Below, piece after piece: positions 53,822 through 60,000 of a DNA stretch of 60,000 bases (positions are counted from its first letter, which is position 1; every line of letters begins with the position of its first letter). The position numbers and the translations under genes are program-made. This DNA comes from Lytechinus pictus (lineage: Eukaryota): positions 6,016,001 to 6,076,000 of the forward strand of contig NC_087250.1 of NCBI RefSeq assembly GCF_037042905.1, given 5' to 3'. The notes under the pieces are model-generated. The model worked only from the letters and a program-made list of their open reading frames with translations. It was not told the DNA's origin and searched no databases.

Positions 53822-54560
53822 TGGTGGGGGTGTGCCGCGGGCGAGACAAAAAACGGGGGCCTTGGAGCGGGCTTATTGTAAAAAGGAGGGTCCTCGGAAC
53901 GGGCTTCGGAACTACAAATGTTTGTGAAAAACGGGGGTCCTTGGAACGGGTCGCCTGCGTGCGAGTGCGTATGCATCCCTATGGAACGTGCATGCAGCTG
54001 GGCTGCGGCAAGACTGTCGGACGCGCTAGCGCAGAGGTGATGGTTAGACAGCGAGCTGTGGCCGCTTTTCACCAAAATTGCGACCGGAACGGCGTAACAG
54101 AAAATATGCGAAGCCCTGGAGCGTATTTTTTTTTCTTTTTTCTCGAGAAGAAGAAAATGCTATGCTTTGGAGCGGCTTTTTTTGTTCTTTTTCTCAATAA
54201 GACAAAAACGCTATGCCTCGGAACGGAAATTTGAGTGTAAAAATGGGGGTCCCCTCCGCGGCACATACCCTCTATTTAGATTTAGATTTTTAGATTTATT
54301 GATTTATTTCATTTCTTTTCTTTCCATTTTTCACATACAAGTCAAAAATACATAAATACAAACACATAAATACAATTACAAAAATGAACAAAAGTAACGA
54401 CCTTACATTTGCAAAGATTGGGTAATTATACGAACAAAATACGATACTTATATCCTCATTTTATAAAACTTAACATTCTTAAAAGCATGAGTATTCGTGT
54501 GTATGTTAAAAAAGAAAGGGGTGAAATGAATGCATTATATACTGAGTGCCCCCCCCCCCG
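53822..54560. mobile_element. Intronic MITE remnant whose right end appears interrupted by a ~255-bp insertion
   Basis: gggtgtgccgcgg (53828) is inverted relative to ccgcggcacataccc (54256-54270). A putative terminus tgcattatatactgagtgccccccccccg resumes at ~54531. Confidence 0.55.
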
Positions 54561-54641
54561 AGTTTTTGATAATCTTCGTTCTTGTTTCTCCCCCCCTCTT
54601 TTTTCTACAATTGAAAACTAATGCGGCAGGGTTGTTCACGT

Positions 54642-56905
54642 GGCTTGTTATAATCACTCGGGTCGCGTTCGCGTTCGAAATCACTCGGGTCGCGTTCGAA
54701 ATCACTCGGGTTTTGGATTTTTGGCGATTTTTTTTATTTCGATGCGATTTTTTTTTCTAACGGTGTCTTCAAAGGGACAAACACGCTGGGAAAATAAAAT
54801 GAAATTCAAATTCTAGTTTCGTTTTAAGCCGGCAAGTGCCTTAAATAAAAGGCACTCGCCCACTGCTTAACATAACAAACAAGCAACTCAGCCATGTGGC
54901 TCAACTATCCTAGAATACATCCAGACTTCTACTGTTTTTATACGAGGACTCCGAGTCGGAACTTGCCATATCTGCCACATCGATATTTCATCGTCATTCA
55001 CATGTACGGACATGTATGCCTGCATGCAATGGCCCCAAGGCGGGACCCGGCCACGGTCGGACACGGCGTGCATCGGTAGCATGGAGCAAGGTAACGTGAG
55101 TCCAGCCGAGTTAGATCCCACGTTACAGTGCCAGTCAGTCTGCAGCTCGTCCGAAAGTATTTTATTCAGCGGTATGCATAGCCATCCATCCTTGGTTTAA
55201 TGCATATATACGTAATTAGACCAAAAGCTTCGGTCTCCAGTCTGTAATGTTCGTTGTTCCGCTGAACTCCATTAGCTCCACTCACCAATACAGAGACCGA
55301 AGTTCTAGCTCGATCTGTACAGGGACTCAATGGCCATATGTTTATGCATTAAGTTCCAATAAAACGGGGAAGTGAAGTTGCGCGACAGCCGAAGCAATTA
55401 GTTACTGTTTTTCCCCTTTTAAGTTTATTTTCTCTTTTTTTTGTGCATTTTAGGACAAAACGGAATAATAATATTTATTTGATACAGTTCTTTCCATATA
55501 TTTTTATGAAATAAAGACAAAAATCGATGAGCGCCGTCTGGGGGATTTTGCATTGTTAACCCCGTAATGATGGTTGCACCATAGCGAGCCGTCTGTGTAC
55601 GAGGAGAAATAAAAATGTTAAAAAACTCGAAACAGACGGCTGCCAGCTGTCTAATAGGTAATGAGCTTTGAGGACGATCTTTCCGATAGGCGTTTTAAAA
55701 TTTTGCTCTTAACTATTGTCCATTTCTCATAAAATTTGTCTTATTTTATAGATAAAATGGCCATATCATGTTTTAAGTAACTGGAGACCTAAAAAATTCC
55801 ATACCTAAATTCTCGAAACATTGCATTAGGTGATGTGCTTAATTGATCTTCTTTGTGCTCGCGTGCCAAACGTATACGTTGAGCTGAACGGGGATCAGTC
55901 TCTCTCTCTGTCTCTCCTACCTTTCCGAAATTAAAACGGTCCTTCGATCGGACATAGTTATTTAGACGCAGGACAAATAATGCTCTGACAACCAAACTAA
56001 CTTTTCGTCAGCATCAGTAAAAATGTGAATGGGCTTTTAAAAACTAATACTAAAACTGATCTAAAATTGATCTTAGATAGATTTTAAAATTGATTTGGAA
56101 ATCGATTTTAGATTAATTTTAAAATCGTAGTTGTACCTGTTCTAATTAACCGATTTTAAAATCGGCTCCCGATTTTACCACAATCGGCGCGATTGCCTGC
56201 TAATCTTCGATCATGCCCCTTGAAGGAAAAATCGGATATAAAATATCGGCGTAGATCTAGTTACAGTGCGTGATCGTTCAGAACATATTTCAAGATTTTT
56301 TTGAGGTGCTAGCTATTTAGAGGTCGCATTAATCAGGGAGAAAGACGCAGTATTATCTCTGACGATGTTTACGAGGATAGATATCTTCTCTTCAACCTCG
56401 TGGTGATAGCGGACACCGCCGTGAACTTTTAAAGGTCGTATTACCGACGGACATCACTGCACTACTCTCTTACCTCCTTTATGATGATAGACACTTCTCT
56501 TCAACCTCGTGGTGATAGCGGACCCCGCTTCTTTTATATTTGTTCTTGGTTATCAAAAGTTAATTTCTGAAGATAGTAATAAATTGATTTGAAAACGTTA
56601 CCTCCCCACAGCATTTTAATAACGTGTTCCGAATCATCACGCGTGCTTGCGACTTCTATTACATATTAATTGCACTTGCGCCTTTAAGATGATGCATTTT
56701 ATTTAAGGCATTTGCTGGCTGAAAACGAAACTAGAATTTCAATTTCATTTTATTTGCCCAGCGTGTTTGTCCCATTGAAGACACCGTTAGAAAAAAAATC
56801 GCATCGAAATAAAAAAAAATCGCCAAAAATCCAAAACCCGAGTGATTTCGAACGCGACCCGAGTGATTTCGAACGCGAACGCGACCCGAGTGATTATAAT
56901 AAGCC
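54642..56905. mobile_element. 2.26-kb intronic non-autonomous DNA transposon, ~210-bp TIRs, GG...CC ends, 8-bp TSD (Merlin- or MULE-like)
   Basis: Ends ggcttgttataatcactcggg and cccgagtgattataataagcc. TSD gttcacgt at 54634-54641 and 56906-56913. Confidence 0.92.
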
Positions 56906-57350
56906 GTTCACGTCAACCTAGCTGTAACACACCCTTTCACTTTAATATTATTAATGTATTCACCAATGAATTCCCTATTGTACCACTACACAGTGGGTTG
57001 AAATCAACGTAAGAGAAGCATATGCATACCTCAACAAAAGTTTAAAACAAAATATGATATTTTGGGGGATATCTAATCAACATTATGACAGTATTTTAAC
57101 ATTTCCTTACATACTATTGGAAATTATTCTTAACAATTTCATGGTTCAAGATGGACTAATTACATTATGCGCTTTGTTGACGTAGCAATTAATGCTAAAT
57201 AAAGCTGGACATATTTTCCAAGGTCACTTGCAAATCTCTAAATCAAGACCTGAGGAAGAAAGTTCACACTAACAACCTTTGGAATTTGACTTAGTTTGAA
57301 CGCAGCCCAGACAAGAAATTGAGTTTCATGTTTTTTTTTTTCTGTTACAG

Positions 57351-57508
57351 ATATCCAATGAATACTACTATGGTGCATTACCTCCTGAGAAGGGACTTGT
57401 GTTCTATCTTCTTGATAGTGGAGCCAGATTAGATATAAAGGACGATGCAGGCAATCTACCAATCGACTATGCTAAGGATCATGTGATCAATCAGATGATC
57501 TTGTTAAG
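57351..57508 (+). CDS. Exon: last ankyrin-like repeat (ISNEYY...LVFYLLDSGARLDIKDDAGNLPIDYA...)
   Basis: Polypyrimidine tract plus ttacag| acceptor, donor AG|gttgta. Phase 0/2, open frame. Confidence 0.85.
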
Positions 57509-57891
57509 GTTGTATTCTTTGATAGACACTACCTTGTTTTTATTCTATTAAACTGCAAGCTAAATGTTTTAATATAATTTATGAGATGTATTATGAAGGT
57601 CAATGAACATGTATTTTATGCTTTCTATTTATTTAATTTTTTTTTCTGAAAACATTAATACGCACTTCCATCAGCTTCCAAAATTCCAGCACTTCTATTT
57701 TGACATTTAAACCTCTATATACATAAGTTAAACAAATCCCAGCAAATTGTAGGTGTTCTTCTCAGAAATTGACGCATTATCATTTTAGAGAATTGGAAAT
57801 TGCATAATTTAATGAAATGCATGAACCTATTGAAATAGATGAAGTTAGTTAGATATTAAAGTATGCATGAATGTTGTCTATCTTATTTCAG

Positions 57892-57923
57892 GTCTCCTAT
57901 AGACGATATTGTATATTCAAAGG
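57892..57923 (+). CDS. 32-nt linker exon (RSPIDDIVYSK)
   Basis: tttcag| acceptor, G|gtaaga donor. Converts phase 2 to phase 1 as the flanking exons require. Confidence 0.75.
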
Positions 57924-58034
57924 GTAAGATTTGACATTTTAGACAATAATTATTGCTCCTCATTAAATCTTTCACCCCTCTAAATTTTGTACTGAGATTT
58001 GTTATTTCTCACCATGATTTTTTTCCATCTCCAG

Positions 58035-58094
58035 ATATTAAACATTCAGTTGATAAATTTCTTCTTAAGATTACGGTCTATTTTGATATTTCAA
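58035..58094 (+). CDS. Candidate 60-nt symmetric (phase 1/1) cassette exon
   Basis: ttttccatctccag| acceptor and |gtaagt donor. Stop-free (DIKHSVDKFLLKITVYFDIS) but AT-rich and not required for frame. Confidence 0.3.
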
Positions 58095-58332
58095 GTAAGT
58101 AAAAGTGTTTGATACCAGTTACAAATCTGAGCACGAAAGGGAAAATGTAATGTTCATTATAAAACACTTGTAACTAAAATTGGTCAAACAATTCGTAATG
58201 ATAATTGAGGATTCTGTAATTTACCGTATTTCGTAGGGATAATTAGTTTTTTACGTAAATTTATATTACACTTTAACATCTATTTTGATATTGTATTGCT
58301 GTTTTACTATCTTAAAAAAAAATTAACAACAG

Positions 58333-58665
58333 ATGCACCACCAAGCACTAGTAATCTTTCCATAGGAGCCAAGACAACTAACAACCAAGAAGTTGACTTA
58401 GGAGACCATGACGTGTCAATCTTAATTCCTCCTGGCGCTGTTCTCCATGATGACAAGGGAGAGATCACCCTTACATTCTTACGGGAGCTACCCGGTATCG
58501 ACCTCCACGAAGATGAATCGGTGGCTTGTTACGGGATCAGATGTGATCCTCCAAACACGATGTTCGTCAAATCTGTTAAGATCAGGATACCACACTCTTC
58601 AGTGGTCATCAATCCAGATCAAGTGAAGCCAGACATCGTTTCTCGTGTATGGGACTCGGTCAAGG
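58333..58665 (+). CDS. Exon: ZU5 domain (VSILIPPGAV...IRCDPPNTMFVKSVKIRIPHS)
   Basis: ZU5-type motifs IPPGA and F.K.V.I.IPH. Acceptor acag|, donor G|gtaagt, phase 1/1. Confidence 0.88.
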
Positions 58666-58745
58666 GTAAGTTATTCTAGTTTGATTATATATATTCCATG
58701 CAAAATGTCAGCATATTGAACATTATTTGTCTCAATCAAGCTTGG

Positions 58746-58897
58746 TTGTCATTTTTTTACAACCGTCAATTCATTTCCATAAAATCACGACGAGAATCTC
58801 CCGCCATTTTAACTTACATCTTTGTCATTTTTTACAATCGTCAATTCATTTCCATAAAATCACGACGTGAATCTCCAACCATTTTAACATACATCTT
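58746..58897. repeat. ~75-bp intronic tandem duplication
   Basis: ttgtcattttttacaa(c/t)cgtcaattcatttccataaaatcacgacg...tacatcttt occurs twice. Confidence 0.9.
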
Positions 58898-58926
58898 TAA
58901 CGATTTTTTCCCCTTCTTTAATCCAG

Positions 58927-59174
58927 ACTTACCAGTAACTTTGCGAAAAAGAACATCCAACTCATCGGACGAGCCACCATACTGCAAAGTCTACAAGAGA
59001 CACCTTGAGCTGTACGTTTCCCACTGTGCTGATTGGTGGGTACTTATTCCACTAGAACAACAGGTGATCCGACAGAAACTTCTATGCACTCCATACATCC
59101 AAGAGAGCATAAAGAGAGGACAAGATGTTGACATTCATCTTCATGTTCATGCCAACCTACCAGGGATGGAAGAG
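58927..59174 (+). CDS. Exon: end of ZU5 and start of UPA-like region (...LELYVSHCADWWVLIP...NLPGMEE)
   Basis: atccag| acceptor, GAG|gtaagg donor. Phase 1/0. Confidence 0.85.
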
Positions 59175-59951
59175 GTAAGGAACATCAGTTGCATAGGAGA
59201 GATGGTTTTGAAGTGTATTGTCGGTGTGTGTGAGGGTGAATGGGCATTTACAAGTAAGGATGATGGTGTGCGAGTGTGTGAAAGATGTGTGTGTTTATGT
59301 AAGTGTGGCAGAAGGAATAATGGTCCTCGGATGAAATAAGTTTGCCCTCGGATTTCGAAAACAAAAATCTGTGCTTTATTTCTCGACTTTTCGAGATCGA
59401 GGAACAACACTTATCAGAAATAAACCAGTGGTTGTGTTCGAGTGTTTGCTCCTGTATCGCCAACTCATGGTGATAGGCTAAGTAAGACATATCATATTTC
59501 TCACAATTTTCATTAACTGGTCCCATGTAATGTTATTTCCAATTGCAATTAGCAAGTTCTGGAGATATAGGAATGTGTAGTCCCACTCCCTATTTTGTCC
59601 AAAATGCCATTATATTTTTAGTCTTCTTCTAAATATGAGACAAATTTCCTCTTTGTGTCAAATTATTAATTTTTTTTCAAGGAAATCAGAAAATGACGTG
59701 GAACATGGAATGGTGAAATGATTATGCAATTTCCTAGACCAACGGCGTATATAGAAGATTGACAACAGTTCAGATTGTTTATCAGAGGCCGGCATTATAT
59801 TTAAGTGTATTGTGTAACTTTACTGGCCAATCACTTATTGTCTTCTTAATATCCCAATTTCTTATATCAAATGGTATTTTGAGTCCGATGTCTCTAGACT
59901 TACCGCATAATACACAAGTATTCAGTGAGTCTACAACTCTTTATTTCACAG

Positions 59952-60000
59952 GAGATTCAAAGACAGGAGGAAAAGAGGTTGTACAGGAAAGCTCATCCTT
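59952..60000 (+). CDS. Next exon, truncated by window end (EIQRQEEKRLYRKAHP)
   Basis: tttcacag| acceptor, phase 0, open to window end. Confidence 0.75.

Noticed and set aside
54627..54641. Apparent micro-inversion in the TIR tips of the intronic element
   Set aside because: It is explained by the direct 8-bp TSD gttcacgt lying outside the true GGC...GCC termini.
58698..58926. N-terminal part of the 213-aa ORF with a repeated FYNRQFISIKSRRES peptide
   Set aside because: This is an intronic 75-bp duplication that happens to be open; the real exon starts at the acceptor at 58927.
48038..60000. Assigning ANK1/2/3 or ANKRD gene symbols
   Set aside because: Repeat number, exon structure and single ZU5 do not match canonical ankyrins, and orthology cannot be established by eye.

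Overview
AT-rich, intron-containing animal genomic DNA. The repeat repertoire and gene type suggest an echinoderm, probably a sea urchin; this is inference only. The first ~32 kb has no credible protein gene. It is a mosaic of non-autonomous DNA transposons (hAT-, Kolobok-, CACTA/EnSpm-, Tc1- and Harbinger-like MITEs, several with readable TSDs), micro/minisatellites, an ~830-bp palindrome and a possible piggyBac transposase relic. Positions 31878-46390 are a five-unit ~3-kb tandem array whose history can be read from filled versus empty insertion sites. Its last unit carries a ~180-bp SINE whose 5' head resembles the 7SL RNA Alu domain, joined to a tRNA-type B box and a Deu/Nin-like core. From 48038 to the window end lies one + strand spliced gene: a 5-kb exon encoding ~50 ankyrin repeats (38 in a near-identical, shuffled 297-nt triad array), then small exons for further ankyrin repeats, a ZU5 domain and the start of a UPA-like region. 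It is a candidate repeat-diversified receptor/adaptor. All calls are by eye; no searches were run.
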